This document shows, in pieces, positions 13,678-26,748 of a stretch of 64,000 nt of DNA. The stretch is from Isurus oxyrinchus. Lineage: Eukaryota. Where the stretch lies: positions 21,080,001 to 21,144,000 of the forward strand of contig JANJGN010000022.1 in the NCBI GenBank assembly GCA_026770705.1, written 5' to 3'. Below the pieces are notes generated by a model that was not told the DNA's origin, searched no databases, and was given only the letters and a program-made list of their open reading frames with translations. The position numbers were made by a program, and so were the translations under genes. Numbering within the stretch: the first letter of the stretch is position 1; each line of letters starts with the position of its first letter.

Positions 13678-14039
13678 TTTACGGTTGCTAGTAATTCTGA
13701 ACTTGCCTCATTTACACAGCAGGGTTGAAAACAGAGCATAAGTGACAGAAAATCCCAACAGAACAGAAAATAAACACTGCCGCTGCTTGTTGCTACTCCT
13801 AACAGGAAATCTGTTGTCATGGTATGTCATACTCATCAGTCTTAATTCATAATCACACATTCACTGTAGTTCATCCACAATCACTCTGTGACATCCATCA
13901 TCCAACTGCACCTAGCTCAACCCCTCTTTCTGCTGCCCTCCATTTTGCCCTCTGAGAAGAGATCTCTGCAGCTTTTCAGCCCTCATCAAATAGCCAAAAT
14001 ACTGACATTTTCTTTTCCGAATGTCACTTTTCGAATTCC

Positions 14040-14845
14040 TTCACTCTTGTGAATTCAAGCGCCCCTTCACTTGTATTATGGTCCGCATATGGAATTTTTA
14101 GCATATGTCTTAGCATCACATTTCAAAGGCCTCTAATTTTTTTCCCCACAGGTCTTCGTTTATTGTCCAGGTTTCCATAGAGGAAGGTGGATAGAATATA
14201 GCACCTTATGAGATTTTTCCTTGCTACAAGCTTGAGTTTTCTTATTGTTAACACATCTTTCATCTTCACAAAATTACTTCTGGCTATCTCTATCTCTTTT
14301 CTAACTTCTGCATCACATCTACTATCTTCGGTTATCATTTGTCCTCAATAGACAAACTTATCTATTTGCTGCAGGATGATACTATCAACTTCAATCTTCA
14401 CTCTGGTTTCTAATGTATTTCTTCTAACTACCACTGTTTTTGTCTTTTTGGTGTTCATACTCAATCCATTTTCTGAACTTCTCGATTTTGCTTGATCTAT
14501 GATATTTTGTAGGGCCTCTTCTGATTCTGCAAGTAGTGCTGTGTCACCAGCAAGTTTGTTATGTTCTTACCTCCAATTTTTACCCCTGAAAGTACAACTA
14601 GTTCTCTGAATATTTGCTCGGTGTACAGATTGAATAATTTTGGTGACAGTACACAGCTTTGTCGTACTCCTCTCTTCACCTAAAACATATCTGATTGTCC
14701 ATCTTCTAGCCTGATGCTCACTAATTGATCCTAATATAGGATCTGGATAGATCTTACATCTTTACTGACAATTTCACATTTCAGCAACATGTCTATTTAC
14801 TTTTGCTGAAAAGCACGATCAAAAACTTTTTCATAGTCATGAAGC
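14040..14845 (-). mobile_element. RTE-clade LINE RT fragment
   Basis: RGVRQSCVLSPKLFNLYTE and ITEDSRCDAEVRKEIEIAR...LIRCYILSTFLYG. Confidence 0.85.
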
Positions 14846-15694
14846 ATTTATTAATAACATTAGGGGGGTGGGGAAGGATTTAAGAAGCTGCAGCAAAAAA
14901 GTTACCAGCATGCCAATACCATTAATGGGAATTGCTTTTAACCATTTCCTCTCATCCACTATATGTGTCCTTGTAATTTACGACTGTAAAGAATGTTTTG
15001 CCAAGTTGCTAAAAAAAATTTAGAACTGCTTTCATTTGCAACTGACATGAAAAGTTACATAATAGTTTTGATGAATAATGCTAATGTACAGGCAAATATA
15101 TATTAAGCAATGTTCTAACTTGCTGAATAATATTCATAATATTCAAAGGTGCCGTGATCTCATAATATGTTCATATAAAAGACTCATGTAACAGAAAGGG
15201 CTTATGATGACTCCATAATAATAATATCTTTGATAGCCAAAATGTCTGAAGGAAGGTGGCACTTGATAGAGTTTATTACTGAAGGAGCCCTTGCAATACA
15301 TTTAAAATCATAGTTTATAGCACAGAGGAAGCTTTTTGATCCATTACATCTGTGTAGTTTTCTTTCTAGGGCAATGTAAAACTAATACGACTCTCCTTTG
15401 CTCCTCTCATAATTTCATATGCTTCAAATATTTCTCATAGTTTCCTTTCAATCTAATGGTACTGCTCTGCCATTCCCTGCGATAAAGCATTCCATCCAAC
15501 AACAACCCTGTTAAAGAAGCTTCTCCTCACGTTCTCTGTGACAATTTTAAATTGATGACCTCTGGTGACTCGCTCCTTAACCAGGAGAAATTGTCTTTCC
15601 CTGTTCACACTGTCCAAATTCTTTCAGAATTAAAAAAAAACTCCATCAAATCTCATCTTAATCTTCGCTGCTGCATTGAAACCAACCCCAGTAT

Positions 15695-15806
15695 AGGGGA
15701 TTCACCTAGTTTTGTCGAACGGTCATGAGGACTCAAAACGTCAACTCTTTTCTTCTCTGCCGATGCTGCCAGACCTGCTGAGTTTTTCCAGGTAATTCTG
15801 TTTTTG
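15695..15806 (+). mobile_element. Short Penelope 3'-end insertion inside an old CR1-like relic (~15300-16175)
   Basis: Matches 26750-26850. 8-bp TSD CCCAGTAT at 15687-15694 and 15807-15814. Confidence 0.75.
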
Positions 15807-16204
15807 CCCAGTATCTCACATGTCTTCCCATAACTTATGGCCCAAATCTTTTGATAAGCATTGGAACAGCTGCACCTGACTCTGATCAGTCAGAAAACTG
15901 TGCACTTACCTGGTCACGTTTTGTTTCCCATATGTGATAGCAGCACGGTGAACCTACAACTTTGTTATCATTTTAATGGATTTTCTATAAAGTGTTGCCC
16001 ATATCTGCATGGAGTACGCTAACTGTGGTTTTATCAATGTTTTCTACAAATCATCAATACTACTTTTGAACTCTATGCCCCTATCTGTAATACCCAAATT
16101 TCTATTATTCTTTGCTTTGGTTTTATTTACTTGCACTCACATTCTCAGAGAACGATGTATTTAAACTCCTAGGTTTCTAATAGTTGCTTGGTGGTAGGGA
16201 ACTT

Positions 16205-16704
16205 GAGCATTGCTGAACAATGAGACATGCCTTTGAAGATTTTTGTCTTGCACTCATCAGGACAGATGCAAGAATCCAAATTTCAAAGGGAACAACAAAT
16301 TTTACTGCATGAAAAAAAGAGTGCTGATTGGCTGGCAACTTGGCTGTGATCGATCAAGACGTTGCCATGGCAAATGCACCAGGGAGCTATTCTTGCCCAC
16401 ACTTTTGTTATTAAAAAAAGGTGCAAAGTCTGGATATATCCCTTTGACTGCAGAGGACAGGTCCCTGCATATGAATATATGTAACTTGTAGCAAGCATAA
16501 GTGAGCTACAATGCAAGCACAACTGATAATCTAAAATTGGTTGTTAGTGTAATTTTTAGCACATTTGCGATTGTGCTAATCCAATTGCAGAATCACATCT
16601 GACATTAGATATTATGTTTTGAGTTTTGCAAGCACGGGTTGGTTGAAATTTGTTCTTCTTGCCTCTGTCCTGATGAGTGCAGGATGAAAACTCTTCGAGA
16701 GCAT
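16205..16704. mobile_element. Small element with inverted hammerhead-like termini; right end resumes at 21135-21152 after the Harbinger insertion
   Basis: 16222-16267 is the reverse complement of 16664-16704 plus 21135-21140. Each end has CTGATGA-GT-GCARG-AY-RAAA. Confidence 0.6.
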
Positions 16705-16931
16705 GGAGACAATTTTCCCCATGTTGGGTGGGCCGGTTGGGAGCGGGCGCGGACCTGATCGCCACCACTTTATGCGGGCAGGCCAATTAAGGCTCACCCA
16801 GCATACTTCACGACTCCTGTGGATAGCGGGAGTGGACGGGCAACAGTGGGCATGCTCAGCCTGCCGGGTCCAATGGCGACCTGGCAGCCTGTGTAAAGGA
16901 AGGCCTGGCAGCCTTGAAAAGGCTGCTTGCA

Positions 16932-19092
16932 ATGGCTGGGCAAAGGGCTCTGCAGGCGGGGGGCAATATTAGTCATGCAAGTCCAGAGGGTAGGCCATCA
17001 GGGCATTGTACCCCTCATTTTTCAGATGAGTGCCTAGCTGCCCTCCTGACCAAACGTGTGTGGGAGGAGGTGTCTGAGAGTGTTAGCTCCCATGATGTGC
17101 TGTGGCATACATGGCCCCAGTGCTGCAAAAGGTTCAATGATCTCCTGCGCTCAGGAAGGGCAAGTATGATGTTGCCTCAAGTCACTTAATGCAGCCGTCA
17201 TCCTTTCCGTCAAACCCACCCCACCCCCACCATCCCACACCCCCGCCAACTCTGAGTATTGTAATGTCACTGAATCCCTCTCAGCATGTATCACTCGCTG
17301 GGTGTGCCAGCAGATATTGCCCATGCCCGGTTCATCCTGGGAGGGTTGAGCTAGGATGTGTTCGGCATCCGCAGCACGTGTGACACTGACACCCAGAGTA
17401 TAGAATGGGGGTGAAAGTCAAGGGTCTGCACCTAGGCAGAGCGCTGGAACTGGGAAGCATGTCAAAGTCAGTGTGCTAACATGCCGGGAGGGGAGCTTCC
17501 AGTTGGCGGGGCACCAATCCATCTTCTGGTGTTTGTGCTCCACGTGCTTGTGCCTCCTTGCTTAGCAAAGTGGTGCCACATGCGAAGGAGGCAGCATCTG
17601 GCCAATGGTGGGGTCAGGGGGGGATGGTCAGCCCTGGTTTCTTTGGTTGAGTGTGCAGCAGCTGCGGGGTGACGAAGAACTGGAGTCCTGCAATGTCCCA
17701 CTCTGGCTGGGTTGGCAGGGATGTGATGGGAATTCAGGCTGGACTAATCAATGCTCCTCTCTCCTTTTCAGGAAAAGACTGTGCACAATGCGTCTGAATG
17801 AATGCAGACTGGCAGAGACCAGGCCCAGTTGGCCATGCTTATGGCTTTCGAGCAGCAGGCCATGGACCTTGAGAGGTACCATGCCCCCAGGTCCCCCAGT
17901 GGCGGGGAGGCTGGGGTGCCTGGGGAGGTATGTTTGGCCAGCACTCAGGTCACCATGTGTGTCACAGATGTTATGGCACTGCTGAATGCTCTGTGACTGA
18001 AGTTAACAACATGGGTTTACCCTTGATTAGGGAAGGATGAGCGCATAATGATCTGGGGGAGCGGCATGCAAGTTGACATTGTCTGCACTGTAATTAATCA
18101 CATGTCCTTTTTCTTCCTTTTAGCATCACCAGAGCAGAGCCAGGAGGAGGAGGCAGAGGCCCCACCTCTCACCCCTGAGTCTCCAGAGGAAATACACTCT
18201 ACGGCATCACACCATCTCAGCCAGGCAGGCACCAGCACAGATGCTAGCATCTCGGTGGGAATTAGATCTTTGGCTAGTGTCCCGGGGCATGGCGATGAGA
18301 GCACTTCACACTCACTTGAGGTGCGGGCAGAGACAGAGAGGGCCCAGGGTGCTGGCAGCCGGAGGACTGCTGGGGACCGGATACTTGCTTGGTCGGTGGC
18401 TGACGATGAGCCTCTGGGGTCATCCATGAAGCAGCGAATGCTGGAAGTGCAGCAGGGTATGCGGGATGATCTGGCAGAGATACATGAGGCTATGTGTGGC
18501 ATGGTGCCCGTGCTGGAGGAGTCCACATGGAGCATCACCAATGCAATGAGCCTCATAGCCGAGTGTCATGCTTCTTCCATGGACAGAGTGGCGACTCTCA
18601 TGGAGAGGCTCCTCCAGGAGAACAATCAGATCCTCGTGGGATTGTGCTTGGACCTGCAAGCACTCACAGTGGCATTGGCCACAGCTGATCAGTGCCAGTG
18701 TGGGAGATGGTCTGGGCATCAAGTTTCCCAGTTCGGTGCCCATCCATCTATGGTGAGCAGGGAGGTCCAAAGCGACCTCACGTCAGCGCAGCAGTTGCCT
18801 GTCATCTCTGCGGGCTCCCCTCAGGGCACTTGGATGAGGGCAGCAGATCCTCTGCCCCTCTGCCAGTGACCATGGATCCGATGAGGCTGCGGCAACTGGG
18901 GAGATGCCAGCTGTGGAACTGGCCACTCCCTATCAGGCAGGGTCATCAAAGGCTCCACAGGCCAGAGGACGTTGGCCAAGGTCACCGAGGCCAAGAGGAC
19001 AGCACAGTGAGCAGGCTGTCTCAGATGCTACTCCCAGTGAGGGGACAGCACCTAGACATAGCACCTGTAAGCGTAAATTTAAGGCACCTTAG
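16932..19092 (+). pseudogene. Harbinger Myb/SANT-like DNA-binding gene, 3 exons (~16932-17159, 17772-17927, 18124-19092), disrupted
   Basis: PHFSDECLAAL...WEEVSESVSS...TWPQCCKRFNDL; acceptors ctccttttcag and ttccttttag; donor GAG/gtatgt; AATAAA at ~19207. Confidence 0.75.
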
Positions 19093-19414
19093 GCACACCA
19101 TAGGTTTCTCACTGGTGCTTTTATGTTGGCCACAGTAGTTTATTGAAGACTTGGCGCAATTTCCAACACCGTTTTTTTTGGTTTATGAAGTTACATTTGT
19201 TCACTCAATAAATTTGGACATGTTGCCATGCCTCAGGGTGATACCTTACTTCTGCAAGTGGACAGGAAGTCATGATGTTGTGAGTGAGTTGTTTGACATT
19301 GAGGTTTATTGACAAGGGCCTTAGTTAATGTTAGTATCCAGGCTGATTTAGCACTCAGGTATCAAGTGTGGAGCCTACAGCCCTGGTGTGTGTTGAAGGT
19401 CCATCTGTGGTGGG

Positions 19415-20640
19415 CTAGCTGAAGGTTTTTTGGATTAAAGCCTCCTGGGTGTCCCTGCCTCCTTGAAGTATGCCCAGGTCAGCGTCTACCCACTCAGTGC
19501 ATGCTCATCCTTAGAATCACTGCTGGACTCATCGTGTGCATCTGGAGCAACTGCATCCATGTCTTCCTCGTCCAGTGCGTCGCCCCTTTCCAGCGCCAGA
19601 TTGTGGAAAGCGCAACATGAAATGACTATCAGCAAAACACACAATCTGGGGGATACTGGAGTGCACCCCCTGAATGGTCCAGGCATCTGAAATGCATCTT
19701 GAGAAGACCGATGGCTCTCTCCACCACAGCCCTTGTGGAGCCGTGGCTCCTATTGTACCGCTGCTCAGCTTCTGTTCTTGGATGGCGGAGAGGCGTCATG
19801 AGCCACCTTCTCAGGGGATAGCCCTTGTCACCCAGCAGCCATCCATCCAGCCGGGCTGGAGCATTAAAGGGCCCCAGCACCCGGGAGTGTCTGAGGATGT
19901 AGGCATCATGGGAGCTGTCTGGGTACCTTACACAGACTTGCAGAATCAGCATCCTGTGGTCACACACTATTTGCACATTCATGAAGTGGAAGCTCTTCCT
20001 GTTGACGAAGGCACCGGGCGACCCACTGGCGCCTTGATAGCCACATGTGTACAGTCTGTTGCACCCTGGACATGGGGGAAGCCAGCAATGGCCACGAAGC
20101 CTCTGGCTCGCTCTGTCTGACTGGCATCATCCCAGTGGTAGTGGATGAAAGTTAATGCACACCTGAATAGAGTGTCTGTCACCTGCTTGACACAAATGTG
20201 GACAGCTGATTGGGAGACTCAGCAGAGATCACCCACCGAGCCCTGGAAAGAACCGGAGGCATAGAAGTTGAGAGCAGCTGCGACCTTTAAAGCCACTGGC
20301 ATGGGGTGTCCACCCACACAGTTAGGGGAGATCTCAGGCCCAATCATCTGACAGGTATAATTGATTGTCTCCCTTGAGAGATGGAGCCTCCTTCAGCACT
20401 GTACCTCAGGCATATTGAGGTAGCTGTTTCGCCACCATTATACCCTGGCAGCAGGATAATGGCGTCTTCTGCGGCCCTTCTGCCTTGTACTTCCTGTTGG
20501 CCCTACGCCCCTTGTGCCTGTGCGTCTCCTCCCAAAGGTGGCTCCCCTGGAGGCTGAATGTGGATTCCTGGCCTCCTCCCCCTTCTGGGCCTTCCTTCCT
20601 CCTCAGAGGAGTTGCCTCCCGTGGAGAGCACAATTCCCAT
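19415..20640 (-). pseudogene. HARBI1-like DDE transposase, frameshifted
   Basis: [66 protein letters not shown]. Confidence 0.93.
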
Positions 20641-21419
20641 TCCCAGACTAAAGGAAGGCTTCCTGAAAGCTGCAGGCCCCAGAAATTATTTCTACTGTAG
20701 AGTCCTGACCAAGGCTTTTACCCCTATCCTAGCAGCTGGTATGAGTTTTGAAGTCTTCCTGCTCACTCAGGCAAGTAAAAGTTACTTTCACACTTAAGTC
20801 CCTCAAACATCACATTCGCGACCCCACTCACCCTCTTATCCTGCCCGTGGATGAAGTTTATACAAATGTCTCCTACCCGCCTGCCCATTGCGGCCAGGCG
20901 ATGTCCTGAAGATTACACGGGCTGCGAAAAATTGAGATCAATTGCTGCCGCAAGGGCCTTAATTGGCCTGCTAGTTGATGGCAGTCACGCATCCGAACTT
21001 ATAGTGCCAGCCTTCCCAAATATTGCGATGGCGTGCGGTGACATTGGGACACTCGCCCGACGTCACTGTGCATTATTTTACACACGGGCATGCGTGACCC
21101 ACCCCCATACGCCAACAGGAAAATTCTGGCCCATGTCTCTTTTCCAACAATCCTAGGTTTCTCTATTAATCAACACCTTTCATTGTCTTTTGATTGAGTG
21201 TACATTCCCATTCTTTGCATTTTCTGCTGAAAATTTATCACTTCAAAGCATCTTTCTTAAATTGCTTCCACCTGCTCCAAAGCATCTGCAAAGGATGTTG
21301 ATGTTGCTGGTACAGAGAGTGAGATCTTCCAGATTCAATGAGAATCAATTGCATGACATTCTCTGGAAGTCATCAACCTTGCAGAGACTGACAGGCAATC
21401 ACCTTGCTTAGATCAAGCA

Positions 21420-22630
21420 AACTACACAGTATTGGGCATACAGAGATGAAGCGATTGTCCAGGATGGCATCTTTTACAAAGAAACAAGTCATCATCCCTA
21501 AAGAAATAAGAAAGGAGATGCTGAAGCATATCCATGCAAGCCATCAAGGAATTGAGACTAGTCTGAGGAAGGCAAGAGAAGTTCTCTACAGGCCAAACAT
21601 AAGCAATAAGATTAAAGACCACGTCAGCCAGTGCAGTTCTTGAAATGAAAATCAAGCTAAACAAAAAGAGCTGCTCATGACTCATGACATCCCAGTCAGA
21701 CTATGGATGAAGCTTGGAGTACACCTCACTGCTTTCTTTGGAACTGACTACTCATCACCGTCAACTACTATTCAGGCTACTGGGAGTTAGACAAGCTGGC
21801 GTCAATGACTGCCAGTGAGATCATAGAATGCCTGAAAACAAACTTCAGCTGTTTTGGCATTCCTGACATTGTGATGAGCGACAATCTCCCTCAGTTCATG
21901 AGTGAAGAATTCAGACACTTCATGAATGATTGGGAAATTCAGCACTACACATCGTCTCCACACTATCCCCAGTCAAATGGAAAAGCTGAGGCAGCGATGA
22001 AAATTGTGAAAGGAATCATCAAAAAATTGAGTAGATCCAGTACTGATGTGTACAAGACAATCTTAGAGTGGAGAAACATACCTACTGAAAGCATTGAAAG
22101 TTGTTTAGTCCAGCGGCCAATGTCATGCTGCACCCAGATTATTCTTCCAACAGCTAGAACACTATTGAAGTCAGAAGTAGTAACAGAAGCGAGTGACAAA
22201 GTCAAAATGAAACAACAGAGACAAATTTCACTTTGATAATGCATCCATCTCACAGCCAGAGCTGAGAGTTGGAGAGGCGGTTGGAGCGCAAACATTCAAC
22301 ACACTCAACATAAGTCAGCCCACTTGGCAACTTGGAACCTGTGCAGTTGTCGCCTCGATCGCACACGGTGAGAGTGAACGACCAGGTATATCGCCGCAAC
22401 CACCGACACAGGTGTGCAACCGGAGAAGCTGCTCCTTCACAGCAGGCAGCCCATGAGGAAGACTCGATTTTGCCAACTGAACAAGAAATGGAACGACCAT
22501 CGATCCCAGCTGCTCCCCAACAATGCAATGGATCAGCAGCAATGCTCACCATGGCAACGGCATGCCCCACAGAGGCAATGTCACCACAGGACCCAGCAGA
22601 TACCAGACAAACAGCCAACAACAATCCGTA
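21420..22630 (+). mobile_element. Gypsy integrase fragment
   Basis: HIHASHQGIE zinc finger, FGIPDIVMSDN, TSSPHYPQSNGKAE; no flanking LTR found. Confidence 0.9.
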
Positions 22631-23920
22631 CATATGAACATACGAGTTAGGAGCACAGTAGGCCACTCAGCTGCTCGAGCCTGCTCCGCCATTCAACAAA
22701 ATCATGGCTGATCTGATTGTAAGCTCCCACCTACGTCCAATAACCTTTCACTCCCTTGCTTATCAAGAACCTATCTACCATTTTACTAATAGAAGATTTG
22801 AACCCTTTAATGATTATGTGTGCAATGCATGTGCAGGACAGATGAAAGTGAGACAGATTAGAACGTGCAGTTTCCTGTTCATTGGGATGACCTTCTTCAT
22901 AGACTGTATACAGTATGGGCAGAATTTTCCGGTCAGCAGGCGGGCACTGTCGACAGGCCTGGGAGCGGCCGGGGAACAGACCACTGACCGCAATCGGCCC
23001 CTGACCACAATTTCACACTGGCTGACCAATTAATGGCCAGCCAGCCTGAAACGCGCACTGAAATGCTCAGCGCTGCCGGGGTGGGGGTGGGTGGAGGGCG
23101 GGCGCTGATATAAGTGCGGGCGGGGGGCGAGTACTGAATGAAAGCTGTCTGAAGGCAGAGAGCTGCCTCAGGGAGCTGAAGACTTTAAAACCAAGAAATA
23201 AAGTTTTAAAAATCCACAAAGAAAATGGCCACGCATGACAATCAGTCACCTGAACACATGCATGATGGAAATTCTGTCCATACATTTTTTTAAAATTTAA
23301 TAACGGAACCCTCACTCATCCTGCCCTTGGATGAGGTTTGTTGAAAAATGCAAAGGCCACCTGGCCGATTTGCCTGGCCATCAACCATAAGGTTGGACGG
23401 ACCACGAAAGATCGGAGACAGTTACTACTTTAATTCCCTGGAAAAACTCAGCAGGTCTGGCAGCATCGGCGGAGAAGAAAAGAGTTGACATTTCGAGTCC
23501 TCATGACCCTTCGACAGAACTTGATTTCGAGTCCAAGAAAGAGTTGAAATATAAGCTGGTTTAAGGTGTGTGTGTGTGTGTGTGTGTGGGGGGGGGGGCG
23601 GAGAGATAGAGAGAGAGAGAGGTGGTTGTGTGGACAAACAAGCAGTGATAGAAGCAGATCATCAAAAGATGTCAGCAACAATGGTACAATAGAACACATA
23701 GGTGTTAAAGTTAAAGTTGGTGATATTATCTAAACGAATGTGCTAATTAAGAATGGATGGTAGGGCACTCAAGGTACAGCTCTAGTGGGGGTGGAGGGAG
23801 CATAAAAGATTTTAAAATATTTAAAAATAATGGAAATAGGTGGGAAAAGAAAAATCTATATAATTTATTGGGGAAAAAAAAAGGGGGGAAACAGAAAGGG
23901 GGTGGGGATGGGGAGGGAGC

Positions 23921-25786
23921 TCACGACCTAAAGTTGTTGAATTCAATATTCAGACCGGAAGGCTGTAAGGTGCCTAGTCGGAAGATGAGGTGTTGTTCCT
24001 CCAGTTTGCGTTGGGCTTCACTGGAACAATGCAGTAAGCCAAGGACAGACATGTGGGCAAGAGAGCAGGGTGGAGTGTTAAAATGGCAAGCGACAGGGAG
24101 GTTTGGGTCATTCTTGCGGACAGACCGCAGGTGTTCTGCAAAGCGGTCGCCCAGTTTACGTTTGGTCTCTCCAATGTAGAGGAGACCACATTGGGAGCAA
24201 CGAATGCAGTAGACTAAGTTGGGGGAAATGCAAGTGAAATGCTGCTTCACTTGAAAGGAGTGTTTGGGCCCTTGGACGGTGAGGAGAGAGGAAGTGAAGG
24301 GGCAGGTGTTACATCTTTTGCATGGGCATGGGGTGGTGCCATAGGAGGGGGTTGAGGAGTAGGGGGTGATGGAGGAGTGGACCAGGGTGTCCCGGAGGGA
24401 GCGATCCCTACGGAATGCCGATAAGGGGGGTGAAGGGAAGATGTGTTTGGTGGTGGCATCATGCTGGAGTTGGCGGAAATGGCGGAGGATGATCCTTTGA
24501 ATGCGGAGGCTGGTGGAGTGATAAGTGAGGACAAGGGGGACCCTATCATGTTTCTGGGAGGGAGGAGAAGGCGTGAGGGCGGATGCGTGGGAGATGGGCC
24601 GGACACGGTTGAGGGCCCTGTCAACGACCGTCGGTGGAAAACCTCGGTTAAGGAAGAAGGAGGACATGTCAGAGGAACCGTTTTTGAAGGTAGCATCATC
24701 GGAACAGATGCGACGAAGGCGAAGGAACTGGGAGAATGGGATGGAGTCCTTACAGGAAGCGGGGTGTGAGGAGCTGTAGTCGAGGTAGCTGTGGGAGTCG
24801 GTGGGTTTGTAATGGATATTGGTGGACAGTCTATCACCAGAGATTGAGACAGAGAGGTCAAGGAAGGGAAGGGAAGTGTCAGAGATGGACCACGTGAAAA
24901 TGATGGAGGGGTGGAGATTGGAAGCAAAATTAATAAATTTTTCCAAGTCCCGACGAGAGCATGAAGCGGCACCGAAGTAATCATCGATGTACCAGAGAAA
25001 AAGTTGTGGAAGGGGGCCGGAGTAGGACTGCAACAAGGAATGTTCCACATACCCCATAAAGAGACAGGCATAGCTGGGGCCCATGCGGGTACCCATAGCC
25101 ACACCTTTTATTTGGAGAAAGTGAGAGGAGTTGAAGGAGAAATTGTTCAACGTGAGAACAAGTTCAGCCAGACGGAGGAGAGTAGTGGTGGATGGGGATT
25201 GTTTGGGCCTCTGTTCGAGGAAGAAGCTAAGGGCCCTCAGACCATCCTGGTGGGGGATGGAGGTGTAGAGGGATTGGACGTCCATGGTGAAGAGGAAGCG
25301 GTTGGAGCCAGGGAACTGGAAATTGTTGATGTGGCGTAAGGTGTCAGAGGAATCACGGATGTAGGTGGGAAGGGACTGGACAAGGGGAGAGAGAAGGGAG
25401 TCAAGATAACGAGAAATGAGTTCTGTGGGGCAGGAGCAAGCTGAGACGATCGGTCTACCGGGGCAGTTCTGTTTGTGGATTTTGGGTAGGAGATAGAAGC
25501 GGGCCGTCCGAGGTTGGGTGACTATCAGGTTGGAATCTGTGGGAGGGAGATCCCCAGAGGAGATGAGGTCAGTGACAGTCCTGGAAACAATGGCTTGATG
25601 TTCAGTGGTGGGGTCATGGTCCAGGGAGAGGTAAGAGGAAGTGTCTGCGAGTTGACGCTCAGCCTCCGCGAGGTAGAGGTCAGTGCGCCAGACAACAACA
25701 GCACCACCCTTGTCAGCGGGTTTGATGACAATGTCAGGGTTGGACCTGAGAGAATGGAGTGCAGTAAGTTCAGAGAGAGACAGGTT
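23921..25786 (-). CDS. Penelope RT plus GIY-YIG endonuclease, 5'-truncated, uninterrupted frame
   Basis: IKPADKGG, FYLLPKIHK, GRPIVS, DVQSLYTSIP, GVAMGT, WYIDD, NLVYCIRC...LYIGET. The first ~43 aa of the listed 664-aa ORF are antisense read-through from the inverted arm. Confidence 0.93.
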   Translation of the reverse strand, partial: NLSLSELTALHSLRSNPDIVIKPADKGGAVVVWRTDLYLAEAERQLADTSSYLSLDHDPTTEHQAIVSRTVTDLISSGDLPPTDSNLIVTQPRTARFYLLPKIHKQNCPGRPIVSACSCPTELISRYLDSLLSPLVQSLPTYIRDSSDTLRHINNFQFPGSNRFLFTMDVQSLYTSIPHQDGLRALSFFLEQRPKQSPSTTTLLRLAELVLTLNNFSFNSSHFLQIKGVAMGTRMGPSYACLFMGYVEHSLLQSYSGPLPQLFLWYIDDYFGAASCSRRDLEKFINFASNLHPSIIFTWSISDTSLPFLDLSVSISGDRLSTNIHYKPTDSHSYLDYSSSHPASCKDSIPFSQFLRLRRICSDDATFKNGSSDMSSFFLNRGFPPTVVDRALNRVRPISHASALTPSPPSQKHDRVPLVLTYHSTSLRIQRIILRHFRQLQHDATTKHIFPSPPLSAFRRDRSLRDTLVHSSITPYSSTPSYGTTPCPCKRCNTCPFTSSLLTVQGPKHSFQVKQHFTCISPNLVYCIRCSQCGLLYIGETKRKLGDRFAEHLRSVRKNDPNLPVACHFNTPPCSLAHMSVLGLLHCSSEAQRKLEEQHLIFRLGTLQPSGLNIEFNNFRS

Positions 25787-26357
25787 GATCATCCTCCGCC
25801 ATTTCCGCCAACTCCAGCATGATGCCACCACCAAACACATCTTCCCTTCACCCCCCTTATCGGCATTCCGTAGGGATCGCTCCCTCCGGGACACCCTGGT
25901 CCACTCCTCCATCACCCCCTACTCCTCAACCCCCTCCTATGGCACCACCCCATGCCCACGCAAAAGATGTAACACCTGCCCCTTCACTTCCTCTCTCCTC
26001 ACCGTCCAAGGGCCCAAACACTCCTTTCAAGTGAAGCAGCATTTCACTTGCATTTCCCCCAACTTAGTCTACTGCATTCGTTGCTCCCAATGTGGTCTCC
26101 TCTACATTGGAGAGACCAAACGTAAACTGGGCGACCGCTTTGCAGAACACCTGCGGTCTGTCCGCAAGAATGACCCAAACCTCCCTGTCGCTTGCCATTT
26201 TAACACTCCACCCTGCTCTCTTGCCCACATGCCTGTCCTTGGCTTGCTGCATTGTTCCAGTGAAGCCCAACGCAAACTGGAGGAACAGCACCTCATCTTC
26301 CGACTAGGCACCTTACAGCCTTACAGCCTTATTGAATTCAACAACTTTAGGTCGTGA
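25787..26357 (+). pseudogene. Inverted duplicate of the GIY-YIG C-terminal region
   Basis: Nearly identical peptide in ORF 25683-26357, with a small indel near the C-terminus (QPYSLIEFNNFRS). Confidence 0.9.
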
Positions 26358-26748
26358 GCTCCCTCCCCCATCCCCACTCCCTTTCTGTTTCCCCCCTTTT
26401 TCCTTTTTTTTCCCTATAAATTTTATAGATTTTTCTTTTCCCACCTATTTCCATTATTTTTAAATATTTTAAAATCTTTTATGCTCCCCCCACCCCCACT
26501 AGAGCTGTACATTGAGTGCCCTACCATCCATTCTTAATTAGCACATTCGTTTAGATAATATCACTAACTTTAACTTTAACACCTATGTGTTCTTTTGTAC
26601 CATTGTCGCTGACATCTTTTGATGATCTGCTTCTATCACTGCTTGTTTGTCCACACAACCACCTCTCTCTCTCTCTCTTTCTCTCCGCCCCCCCACACAC
26701 ACACCTTAAACCAGCTTATATTTCAACTCTTTCTTGGACTCGAAATCA

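Larger units (their letters stand above)
16705..21131. mobile_element. PIF/Harbinger DNA transposon, full-length and decayed (copy 1)
   Basis: TIRs GGAGACAATTTTCC / GGAAAATTCTGGCC, 3-bp TSD CAT (16702-16704, 21132-21134), and two convergent genes. Confidence 0.9.

Noticed and set aside
19415-20640. Domesticated host HARBI1 gene
   Set aside because: Two frameshifted copies inside TIR-bounded elements with a partner Myb/SANT gene indicate transposon relics.
23921-25915. 664-aa ORF as a complete Penelope protein
   Set aside because: The N-terminal ~43 aa come from the antisense of the inverted arm; the true ORF is 5'-truncated.
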